Source: a virus
Lineage: Duplodnaviria > Caudoviricetes
DNA: 25,613 nucleotides
Virus record (IMG/VR): IMGVR_UViG_3300016484_000991
Span: 1-25,613 of that record
Direction: 5' to 3' (one strand)
Every line of letters begins with the position of its first letter. Within the stretch, counting starts at the first letter, position 1. Positions 1 to 8,345 of this stretch are shown here, in pieces. The translations under genes and the position numbers were made by a program. Below the pieces are notes generated by a model that saw nothing but the letters and a program-made list of their open reading frames with translations, had not been told where the DNA came from and made no database searches.

Positions 1-2
1 AT

Positions 3-134
3 AGTGGTGGACATAAGTGTATAACTAATATATCTGGTTTAACTTATTTTGGTAAAGACGGTCTTTATTTCTTAAAGAAATTTTCTGAAGAATTTATTAA
101 GAAATTAAAAATTAAAATAGATAGTGATAATTAA
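3..134 (+). CDS. 3' end of a gene truncated by the window edge; possible DHH/DHHA1 phosphoesterase-like C-terminus
   Basis: Frame 3 is open from the window start: SGGHKCITNISGLTYFGKDGLYFLKKFSEEFIKKLKIKIDSDN*. The GGH motif resembles DHHA1. Its stop TAA (132-134) overlaps the convergent stop of the minus-strand gene. Confidence 0.4.
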   Translation, partial: SGGHKCITNISGLTYFGKDGLYFLKKFSEEFIKKLKIKIDSDN

Positions 135-1579
135 TCATATCTGAATAATAAACTACCACTATCATATAGTCTATATAATTTTCTTTCTAACATTATTTCT
201 TTCTCTGTCTTATTGGCATCAAAACCTTCTTTGACTAATCTATCTTTCCTATAGTTGTACCTATTAACCCTCTTTTTATTTATTAAATAATAATAATTAG
301 GTTTAGTGTTATTAACTAAAGTAAACCCTAACATATGATATAACTCACCATTCGACCAGGATCTATCAGCATAACTAATAATACTTTTAGGCCCCCATTT
401 ATCTATAAAATGGTTAAAAAGTTTAGATGCACCACCAACTACACTGGTATTTAGTTTATTACAGAACCTCAACATTTCGTAATGATTTTCTTTATTTTTA
501 TACCCTAAAGATCTACGTAATGAACCAAACCCCATTACAGAAACTAGAACCCCATTATAATATAGTCCAATTTTAATTCTACTATTAACACTACCTTGTA
601 TATGGTTCACCTGTAAAAATTTTTTATAAATTTTAGATTCTACCTCATTTATAACGCATTTACGTGCGTAAATTTTATTAGTATTCCCACCTAACAAGTT
701 TATTATCCTAGATTTAACAATCTCTTTTTTCTGGTCCCAATCATCTTCCCATATATGTATTAATTTTATACCTTTATTTAACATATATTTAGTTTTATTT
801 AAATGATAATCATTAGACCTGTGTAACTCACTGTGCCAATATAAACCATTAAATTCAAACCCTAAATTCAGTTCTGGTATAAATACATCTATTTCATTAT
901 TATCTATTTTATAATTTTGTAAAATTTTATTGTTAGTGTTTTTAGAAATAAAATTAAATAACTCTATTTCTTTAATAGAAACATTTTCTTTAAATGGAAA
1001 ACATACAGTACAAGTCTCTATTTTAGATTGTACTCTATTATGGTATAATTTTTTGTCAATAGAATATTCACCATCATGATCATAACAATATTTAATAATA
1101 TTATCATCGTCTATGGAAATTAATTTCTCTTTTTCTTTATATTTCACATAAATAGTATTTTTTCTTTTTTTTATAATATCATTTTTTTTATTTATGTAAT
1201 TTGAACTATGTGAGTAGTGTTCTACACCGTATTTTTCTTTCCAGGTGGATTTAATTTTATCTTTAGTTTCCTTTGTTTGGAAGTGGTGATCTACACCATA
1301 TTTATTTATAAAAGTTTTTTTGGTTTTTTCTTTAGCACATTTACTACTACAAGCATAAAAACCTGAATTTTTACTAGATTTTAAATATCTACGGTATGGG
1401 TGTTTTTTTATAGTACCACAAACATCACACTGACAGTTTATTTTTATGTTACTACCATAATTAAGGTCTTTTACAGGTAAATCTAGTTCATCACCAGTAT
1501 TTACGTTGTAATTAAGTGAACGTAAATGTTTTAATTGTGAAGAGTTAACTTTTATTTTTATTGTTTCATCTAATATCAT
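131..1579 (-). CDS. Putative homing-endonuclease-like protein: Cys/Zn motifs, KYGV repeats, Vsr/DUF559-like PD-(D/E)xK nuclease, and a C-terminal GNAT (Mom-like) domain
   Basis: Cys motifs CQCDVCG, ACSSKC and CTVC; two KYGVxH repeats; nuclease-like EIDVFIPELNLGFEFNGLYWHS...IHIWEDDW; C-terminal IYARKC, HIQG, EMLRFC, GGASKL and SYADRSWSNGELY. Confidence 0.6.
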   Translation of the reverse strand: MILDETIKIKVNSSQLKHLRSLNYNVNTGDELDLPVKDLNYGSNIKINCQCDVCGTIKKHPYRRYLKSSKNSGFYACSSKCAKEKTKKTFINKYGVDHHFQTKETKDKIKSTWKEKYGVEHYSHSSNYINKKNDIIKKRKNTIYVKYKEKEKLISIDDDNIIKYCYDHDGEYSIDKKLYHNRVQSKIETCTVCFPFKENVSIKEIELFNFISKNTNNKILQNYKIDNNEIDVFIPELNLGFEFNGLYWHSELHRSNDYHLNKTKYMLNKGIKLIHIWEDDWDQKKEIVKSRIINLLGGNTNKIYARKCVINEVESKIYKKFLQVNHIQGSVNSRIKIGLYYNGVLVSVMGFGSLRRSLGYKNKENHYEMLRFCNKLNTSVVGGASKLFNHFIDKWGPKSIISYADRSWSNGELYHMLGFTLVNNTKPNYYYLINKKRVNRYNYRKDRLVKEGFDANKTEKEIMLERKLYRLYDSGSLLFRYD

Positions 1580-1650
1580 ATGTAATAAATACTAATTAAT
1601 ACATTAATGTCTACCGTTTTTATTTAAAATAATTGATATTTATAAAAGGA

Positions 1651-2733
1651 ATGGAAAAATTAATTAAAAAAATCATAAGAGAAGAAACGGAAGCCGGTAA
1701 TCTTATAACTTTAGAAGATGTTTTAAATATACCTAAAAACATTATTAATAACAATATTAATAATGAAATAATACCAGAACGTAAATTTATTTATGAACAA
1801 GTCAGAAATTATCTAAACATTACTGAATCTATAAAAATCTTAAACTCAATTAAAATTTTTATTAATGAGGATGGGAAATCTGAACCAGACATGGTGTGGG
1901 ATTTTTCTGAAGTTAAGGAAAAATTAGATTTATCTAAAGAGTGGGTTAAAACAAAAGAGGATGTTATTAAGTATTTAAAAATCTTAATGAATAAAATTAA
2001 ATCAATACCTACAGGTACAAGAAAAAAAATATTAAAATATGTTTTATATTCTTTTTTAGGTATTTTAACTATAAAACAAATAAAAAGTGTTGAATCACAG
2101 GTTTCAGCCTCTTTTACACCTAGTCAAATTAAATCTGAATTACCTATAAATAAAAAAGAAACACCAGTTATTAAAAAAACAGAGATTAGGGCACCTAGTG
2201 AAAACTTATTTAACCATCTAAAAAAGGAAGAGGGTATCGGTGGTGAACCTGTATTGTATTTTTATGATTTAGGTGATGGTGCATATACTACTGGTTATGG
2301 TCACGCTGTTTTTTCTAATTCTGGAAGAGGTAGTACTGGGGGTGATTATGAATTCGTACCAAAGTATAAAGATATAGTACCTTATAGTAGAAAAAATAGT
2401 AATAAAAAAATTACAACAATCACTAAACAACAGGCTGAACAATTATTAAAAGACGATATGTTAAAAGCCTCTGAAGGTGTTAATACTATCTTAGATGAAT
2501 GGAAATCAAATGGAATTAATCCTAAAATAACCCAGGGTATGTATGATGCAATGGTTTCTATAGCATATAATCACGGTGTTGCTAATTTAAGGATGAGTAA
2601 ATTCATTCAATACGTTAAAAGAAGTCAATTCCAAAAGGCTAAAGAAGAAATAAAAAACATATCAAGTAATATGTTTGATAAATATCCAGGTCTAAAAATA
2701 AGAAGAGAAAAAGAATCTAAAATGTTTGCATAA
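1651..2733 (+). CDS. GH24 (T4-type) lysozyme with a long N-terminal extension
   Basis: Catalytic E...D...T signature in KKEEGIGGEPVLYFYDLGDGAYTTGYGH, plus ITQGMYDAMVSIAYNHG and GLKIRREKE. Start reassigned to ATG 1651, 7 nt after ATATTTAT. Confidence 0.8.
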   Translation: MEKLIKKIIREETEAGNLITLEDVLNIPKNIINNNINNEIIPERKFIYEQVRNYLNITESIKILNSIKIFINEDGKSEPDMVWDFSEVKEKLDLSKEWVKTKEDVIKYLKILMNKIKSIPTGTRKKILKYVLYSFLGILTIKQIKSVESQVSASFTPSQIKSELPINKKETPVIKKTEIRAPSENLFNHLKKEEGIGGEPVLYFYDLGDGAYTTGYGHAVFSNSGRGSTGGDYEFVPKYKDIVPYSRKNSNKKITTITKQQAEQLLKDDMLKASEGVNTILDEWKSNGINPKITQGMYDAMVSIAYNHGVANLRMSKFIQYVKRSQFQKAKEEIKNISSNMFDKYPGLKIRREKESKMFA

Positions 2734-2737
2734 ATAA

Positions 2738-2763
2738 AAAACCCCTTATCACTAAGGGGTTTT
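2738..2763. terminator. Bidirectional intrinsic terminator between the convergent lysozyme and clpC genes
   Basis: AAAACCCCTTA-TCAC-TAAGGGGTTTT hairpin with A/T tracts on both sides. Confidence 0.85.
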
Positions 2764-2766
2764 ATT

Positions 2767-5253
2767 TTAGGCTTTCGCTTTTGGTGTTTTAACTTCAACA
2801 ACAACATCATTTTTGATATAACCAATTTTGATAGTGTCGCCTTCTTTTACCTCACCGTCTAACATTTTTTCAGCCACTGGGTCTTCAAGATATTTTTGGA
2901 TAGCTCTATTTAAAGGTCTAGCCCCATATTTCTCGTCGTACCCTTTTTCGATGATAAACTCTTTCATCTTAGGTGAAATCTCAACTTTATAACCCAATTC
3001 TAACATTCGGTCTTTAAATTCGTTGATAGGTAGGTCAACAATTTTTTTGATTTCTTCTTCACCCAATGATTGGAAGATGATAATATCATCTAAACGATTT
3101 AAGAATTCTGGTGAGAAAGCTTTCTTAACTGACTCCTCAATTACACTATTTCTAATTTCCTCAAGGTTGTCAATTTTAGCTTTAGTACCAAAACCTACAC
3201 CAGTACCGAAGTCTTGTAATTTTCTAGCCCCAACATTAGATGTCATAATAATTAAAGTATTCTTAAAGTCTACTTTTCTACCAAGACCATCAGTTAAGTG
3301 GCCTTCATCTAATACTTGTAACAAGATATTAAATACATCTGGGTGTGCCTTTTCAATCTCATCAAATAAGATAAGTGAATAAGGTTTTCTTCTAACTTTT
3401 TCAGTTAACTGACCACCCTCTTCGTGACCAACATATCCTGGAGGTGCTCCAACCAACTTAGAAACTGAATGTTTTTCCATGTATTCAGACATATCAACAC
3501 GAATCATAGCGTCCTCAGTACCAAATACATTTTTAGCTAAAGTTTTGGCTAAGTGTGTTTTACCAACACCAGTAGGACCTAAGAAAATAAACGAACCTAC
3601 AGGTTTATTATGTTTCTTAATACCCATACGATTTCTTCTAATCGCTTTAGAGATTTGTTCGATGGCTACACCTTGACCAATTACTTTTGAAGATAATTCT
3701 GTTGCCATATTTTTTAGTTTTTCTAAGTCACTTTGACCAACCTTTGTTACAGGAATACCAGTAATTTTAGATACTACTTCAGCAACATCATCTTCAGTAA
3801 TAACTTTTCTTGACTCATTAAGTGATTTGTTCCAGTCACTAGTAGCTTTATCAAGTCCAGCTCTCAAAGTTCTCTCTTCATCTCGTAGATTAGCGGCCTC
3901 CTCATATCTTTGTGATTTGATTACGGCTCTTTTTTTATCTTCAATTTCAGAGATTAAACGTTCAAATTCTAAAATGTTACCTGGTACCTCAATACTAACT
4001 TGTGCTCTAGCCCCAACCTCATCAAGGATGTCAATAGCCTTATCTGGTTGTTCACGATTAGTGATATATCTATCAGCTAATTTAACACAAGCTTCAATTG
4101 CTAAATTGTCATACTTAACTCTGTGATGGTCTTCATATCTGTCTTTAATATTATTTAAAATAATTAAAGTATCTTCAGATGATGGTGGTTCAACCATTAC
4201 AGTTTGGAAACGTCTTGTCAATGCTCCATCTTTTTCGAAATTCTCACGATACTCATCAAGAGTAGTTGCTCCAATACATTGGATTTCACCTCTCGCTAAT
4301 GCCGGTTTTAGGATATTTGAAGCGTCTAGTGAACCAGAAGCGTTACCAGCACCAATCATGGTGTGAATCTCGTCAATGAAAAGAATAACGTCATCAACTT
4401 TTTCTAATTCTTCCATAATACCTTTAAGGCGTTCCTCAAATTGACCTCTATATTTTGTACCTGCCACTAACAAAGCCATATCCAAAGATACTACTCTCAT
4501 GTCAAATAAAATTCTAGGACATTTTTTTTCAACAATCTTCAAGGCTAACCCCTCAACAATTGCTGTTTTACCAACACCTGGTTCTCCAATAAGGATTGGG
4601 TTATTTTTCTTACGTCGACTTAAAACTTGTGAAACTCTTTCAACTTCGTCATTTCTACCAATAATAGGGTCGATTTTACCCTCTTCAGCTAATTTTGTGA
4701 TATCTCTACCAAAATTATCTAAAATAGGGGTATTACTCTTACCATTGGTTGCTTTACCTCTAGAGTCACCTTTCTCGTTGTAATCATCTGCAATTCCACT
4801 CATATTTATCTCTTTTTTAATTTCAATTAATGTACTTTTAACGGTTTTATATGTTATGCCTTGTAAAAATAATACTTTACTACAATCTAACGACCTATTC
4901 TTCAACAAAGATAACAATAAATGAATACAATTTATATTTTCGTCATTTAATTTATCAGATTCTAATTCTGCTGAATTTAGAATAATTTTAGAACTATCAC
5001 TAAACGCTAATATTTTCTTATTCATTTTAGGGTTCCTAATCTTTAACCTAACATAAGCTTCAACCTTAGAGGTTAAGTCTTCAATATCAGAACCCATGGT
5101 AATTAAAACATCAGTAGCTTCATTATCACCGTCTTCCAAAATAGTTAATAATAGATGTTCTGGTTCAATTTTATTACCATTCAATCTAATAGCTTCTTTA
5201 AAAGAATTTTTTAAAATAGATTTAACTTTACTATCTAAAGATTTCATTCCCAT
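2767..5253 (-). CDS. clpC: ATP-dependent Clp protease ATP-binding subunit ClpC
   Basis: Two Clp N-repeats (EHLLL, IHLLL); AAA1 GEPGVGKT/LFIDEIH; UVR middle domain (KRAVIKSQRYEEAANLRDEE); AAA2 GPTGVGKT/LFDEIEKAH; GYVG pore loop; VGF ClpP-docking loop; GARPL. Confidence 0.95.
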   Translation of the reverse strand: MGMKSLDSKVKSILKNSFKEAIRLNGNKIEPEHLLLTILEDGDNEATDVLITMGSDIEDLTSKVEAYVRLKIRNPKMNKKILAFSDSSKIILNSAELESDKLNDENINCIHLLLSLLKNRSLDCSKVLFLQGITYKTVKSTLIEIKKEINMSGIADDYNEKGDSRGKATNGKSNTPILDNFGRDITKLAEEGKIDPIIGRNDEVERVSQVLSRRKKNNPILIGEPGVGKTAIVEGLALKIVEKKCPRILFDMRVVSLDMALLVAGTKYRGQFEERLKGIMEELEKVDDVILFIDEIHTMIGAGNASGSLDASNILKPALARGEIQCIGATTLDEYRENFEKDGALTRRFQTVMVEPPSSEDTLIILNNIKDRYEDHHRVKYDNLAIEACVKLADRYITNREQPDKAIDILDEVGARAQVSIEVPGNILEFERLISEIEDKKRAVIKSQRYEEAANLRDEERTLRAGLDKATSDWNKSLNESRKVITEDDVAEVVSKITGIPVTKVGQSDLEKLKNMATELSSKVIGQGVAIEQISKAIRRNRMGIKKHNKPVGSFIFLGPTGVGKTHLAKTLAKNVFGTEDAMIRVDMSEYMEKHSVSKLVGAPPGYVGHEEGGQLTEKVRRKPYSLILFDEIEKAHPDVFNILLQVLDEGHLTDGLGRKVDFKNTLIIMTSNVGARKLQDFGTGVGFGTKAKIDNLEEIRNSVIEESVKKAFSPEFLNRLDDIIIFQSLGEEEIKKIVDLPINEFKDRMLELGYKVEISPKMKEFIIEKGYDEKYGARPLNRAIQKYLEDPVAEKMLDGEVKEGDTIKIGYIKNDVVVEVKTPKAKA

Positions 5254-5256
5254 ACA

Positions 5257-5285
5257 ATGTTAGTAATATTTTTCCGATATGACAA
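5257..5285 (-). promoter_or_regulatory. Possible sigma70-type promoter for clpC
   Basis: The minus strand reads TTGTCA-N17-TAACAT immediately upstream of the clpC start, which would give a near-leaderless mRNA. A chance match is possible in AT-rich DNA. Confidence 0.3.
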
Positions 5286-5345
5286 GTCTTGGTTTATTTT
5301 TTTAAGAATCATATTTAACTTTAGTAAAAAAAGTACTTAAAGAAA

Positions 5346-5564
5346 ATGATACACAAGGAAATTATTATTATATTTAAAAACAATGTTAATTCTATGGACC
5401 TATTTGAAAGTGGTTCGTATACTTTATCTTTTAAAAACTGTTCCTACACTATTAGTGGTGACCATTATGTATTAGAACAACATAACGGAGATAATGTTGA
5501 GGGATATGTTTTCCCATTAAAAAGTATTATAAATTTTAAAATAAGTAAAAATGTCAGTAATTGA
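5346..5564 (+). CDS. Hypothetical protein
   Basis: 72-aa ORF with an A-rich upstream region, divergent from clpC and overlapping the next gene's start. Confidence 0.6.
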   Translation: MIHKEIIIIFKNNVNSMDLFESGSYTLSFKNCSYTISGDHYVLEQHNGDNVEGYVFPLKSIINFKISKNVSN

Positions 5565-5847
5565 AAGGTTAGTTAGAGAAGATGGTGTTGTAGAATGTTT
5601 GATTGAATCAACTAATATTCTTAAAACAGAGTATAATGAATTAAAAAAAGAATTCACAGTAACATTTAAAGCAGGGACTAGATATAAATATTTAGATGTC
5701 CTAAAGAGAGATTATGTCAGATTCGAAGTTTCTGAGAGTCAGGGTAGTGTTTTTAATAAAACTATGAAAAAATACAACTTTGAGAAATTAGATCCTATCG
5801 AAGTGACCCAATTAAAACAAAGAATAGACGAAATTAAAAAAATTTAA
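5551..5847 (+). CDS. KTSC domain protein
   Basis: IESTNILKTEYN...FTVTFKAGTRYKYLDV...FEVSESQGSVFNKTMK matches the KTSC pattern (SS-I---Y...L-V-F--G--Y-Y--V...S-G--FN). Confidence 0.8.
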   Translation: MSVIERLVREDGVVECLIESTNILKTEYNELKKEFTVTFKAGTRYKYLDVLKRDYVRFEVSESQGSVFNKTMKKYNFEKLDPIEVTQLKQRIDEIKKI

Positions 5848-6173
5848 TTTTTGTTATAAGAATCAACACGGTAAATATTAAGACAAGGGCCGTTTTCTTT
5901 ATATTCACTTCTGGTGTATATAACGAATAATGGTCCTTCTGTGTATGCAACATACATTAAATCATGGTCATCATTTTTACCAATAAATTTTAACCTAATA
6001 TCTGTAAAATTCATCTGGCTTAATTTATTCACTATTAAAGATTTAACATCATCACCACTACATTCGATACTCTCCAATATTTTAGCTATTTCAGAAGATG
6101 AAACTTCACTAATTCTATTTTCAAGTAATCTTTTTACCTGTGATTCTGTTAATATAATATTCTTTCTTCCCAT
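5844..6173 (-). CDS. Hypothetical protein with an IILTESQ leader (candidate head/internal protein)
   Basis: Start reassigned to ATG 6173 (MGRKNIILTESQVKRLLENRISE), directly after the upstream gene's stop at 6175. Confidence 0.7.
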   Translation of the reverse strand: MGRKNIILTESQVKRLLENRISEVSSSEIAKILESIECSGDDVKSLIVNKLSQMNFTDIRLKFIGKNDDHDLMYVAYTEGPLFVIYTRSEYKENGPCLNIYRVDSYNKN

Positions 6174-6174
6174 A

Positions 6175-6762
6175 TTAATAATTTTCATCATATTCATCAT
6201 CGTCATATTCAGAAGGATCAAATCCAGATTCTCTTCTTTCCAAATCTTCCACATCTAACCCAGCTTCGTAAGCTCTACCTTCTTCAAAGGCTTTATAATA
6301 AGTTGCTTCAGCACCTTCTTCATAACCTTTTTTATGTCCATCGTACATCCCCTCGTGATAACCTTGGTCGTACCCACTATCATAACTTTCTTGTTTTATG
6401 TCCTCAATTTCGTTTTTCTCTTCTTTTTTACGTTCACTATAACCATCATCCCATCCTTCAGAATAACCCGCATTATTACCTTCAGAATAACCTTCTTGAT
6501 AACCTATATCAATACCTTCATTATGACAATAATCACCAAAATTATATAAAGCGTCAAGTAATGACTCTAATTGTGTTTCATTTAAAGCTAAATTATATAT
6601 AGAGTCAACTATTGGGCTACCTTCAGGAGATCTTCTATAACCAACCTCTCTAAGGAAATACATTTTTTTTATAATCTCTTCTTTTGACACTGGATTTATA
6701 TTAGTAACCCATTCAAAATCATTTTCTTTTAATATTTTCTTAATTCTATCTCTCATTATCAT
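6175..6762 (-). CDS. Hypothetical acidic protein with FliH/Yae1-like GxxxG repeats and a KKILKE leader
   Basis: N-terminal RIKKILKENDFEW; GxxxG runs GYQEGYSEGNNAGYSEGWDDGY and GYDQGYHEGMYDGHKKGYEEG. Confidence 0.7.
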   Translation of the reverse strand: MIMRDRIKKILKENDFEWVTNINPVSKEEIIKKMYFLREVGYRRSPEGSPIVDSIYNLALNETQLESLLDALYNFGDYCHNEGIDIGYQEGYSEGNNAGYSEGWDDGYSERKKEEKNEIEDIKQESYDSGYDQGYHEGMYDGHKKGYEEGAEATYYKAFEEGRAYEAGLDVEDLERRESGFDPSEYDDDEYDENY

Positions 6763-6765
6763 TTA

Positions 6766-6785
6766 ATAAATATTGTGATATTTAT
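6766..6785. promoter_or_regulatory. Back-to-back ATATTTAT motifs (putative divergent late promoters)
   Basis: ATAAATAT-TGTG-ATATTTAT inverted repeat within the 27-bp gap between the divergent ATGs at 6762 and 6790. Confidence 0.6.
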
Positions 6786-6789
6786 AAAT

Positions 6790-8073
6790 ATGAACTTAAA
6801 TGAAAAAGAAGTTGAAAAGGCTAATAGGAAAATAGACCTAACTGGGTTTAAAATGCGTGATAACTTAAACCCTAAAATTTGGGACGAGGATCAAAAGATG
6901 AAATCTGATGTTAGAAAAACACTTTTAAAAATAGCTGATGATTATTTTGAAAGTTTAGAAATATCTGACGTTGATATAGAAGATGTTACCATGACGGGTT
7001 CTTTAGCTAACTATAATTGGTCTAAATACTCTGATGTAGATTTACATATAGTTATTGATTATAAGGACGTTCCAGTGGATGAAGAACTGGTACAAGGATT
7101 TTTTAAATCTAAAAGTTCTAATTGGAATAAAGAACATGACGTTAAAATTTATGGGTATGATGTTGAGATTTATGTCCAAGACATTAACGAAACTCACCAT
7201 TCAACTGGTGTTTACTCAGTATTGAACAATGAATGGGTGACTAAACCTGAAAGAAAAAAAATCACATTAAATGATAAATCAGTTAAGGATAAATCAAATA
7301 GATTTATGGACCGTATCGAGGACTTATATGATGAATTAGATGAGGGTAATTATGAGGAGGCTATTGATGGTGTAGATAAATTGACGGAAAAAATTAAAAA
7401 GATGAGACAATCTGGTCTTGAATCAGGTGGTGAGTTTTCAGTTGAGAATATGGTATTCAAAGTTCTTAGAAGAAATGGTATGTTAGACAGACTATATGAT
7501 ATAAAAACCGTCGCTTACGATAAATCGGTAACACTAGAATCAATACAAGAATCAGTTGGTGACGACCCATTTAAATGGATAAAAGATGTACAAACAAAAA
7601 CATTAATAGAAAAACAACCTTATAGAAGTGCTGAATATGATATAGTTGCTAACTATTTTAAAAAAGAAAACCACGTTTATAAAGGTTGGTCTGTTATTTG
7701 GGATGGTTTTCAAGGAGTTGTTGAATGGAGAAATCAAGATGTACCACATTTATTTATTTTTGCCACACCTTACTGGGATGGTGCTAGTAACGTACCAGTA
7801 AATTATGATGAAAATTATGGTGATGATTATGGGATGTTGGGGTTTGTAGATATTCCTGAATTTGAGTATAAAGAAGATTTAATGAATTGGTTAGAAAATG
7901 ATTATTTTAAAGACGTGTATAAATTAATTATAAATCATACTGGTCCTTTAGCTGAATCTGTAAAGAATTTTGGTTTGTTAGGTAGGTTATACGATAAATC
8001 TACCACATTAGACTCAAAAAAAATGAATAATAGCTTAATAACATATATTTATAATAAAAAACAAAATGGATAG
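6790..8073 (+). CDS. Pol-beta superfamily nucleotidyltransferase with an appended C-terminal module
   Basis: hGS...DxD motif in TMTGSLANYNWSKYSDVDLHIVID, third acidic residue in DVEIYVQ. Start reassigned to ATG 6790. Confidence 0.8.
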   Translation: MNLNEKEVEKANRKIDLTGFKMRDNLNPKIWDEDQKMKSDVRKTLLKIADDYFESLEISDVDIEDVTMTGSLANYNWSKYSDVDLHIVIDYKDVPVDEELVQGFFKSKSSNWNKEHDVKIYGYDVEIYVQDINETHHSTGVYSVLNNEWVTKPERKKITLNDKSVKDKSNRFMDRIEDLYDELDEGNYEEAIDGVDKLTEKIKKMRQSGLESGGEFSVENMVFKVLRRNGMLDRLYDIKTVAYDKSVTLESIQESVGDDPFKWIKDVQTKTLIEKQPYRSAEYDIVANYFKKENHVYKGWSVIWDGFQGVVEWRNQDVPHLFIFATPYWDGASNVPVNYDENYGDDYGMLGFVDIPEFEYKEDLMNWLENDYFKDVYKLIINHTGPLAESVKNFGLLGRLYDKSTTLDSKKMNNSLITYIYNKKQNG

Positions 8074-8329
8074 TTACGAAATAATACATGATATAGGTGT
8101 GGCAGATTTTACTGGTTACACATATTTTCAAATCTATGTAGAAGCTGGTTTAACTTTAAAATATAAAGGTGTAGACGTGACGCCACCAACAACTTCAATA
8201 ATATTAAATTTAGCTGTATCATCATATGAAGATATTTCGGGTAGTGACACTAAAATAATGCTTTTAGGTAAGAAAAGACCTGAATTAACTACATCATATA
8301 ATTCAGATGGTACCTGGAATATCAGATAA
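8066..8329 (+). CDS. Hypothetical protein
   Basis: 87-aa ORF with ATATTTAT at 8045-8052, overlapping the upstream stop. Confidence 0.65.
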   Translation: MDSYEIIHDIGVADFTGYTYFQIYVEAGLTLKYKGVDVTPPTTSIILNLAVSSYEDISGSDTKIMLLGKKRPELTTSYNSDGTWNIR

Positions 8330-8345
8330 TTAATTATATAAGAAA

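Noticed and set aside
3023-4783. Plus-strand ORFs 3023, 3479, 3827 and 4499
   Set aside because: Antisense shadows of the well-supported clpC gene.
5914-6602. Plus-strand ORFs 5914, 6303 and 6334
   Set aside because: Antisense to leader-bearing minus-strand genes, with composition typical of shadow frames.
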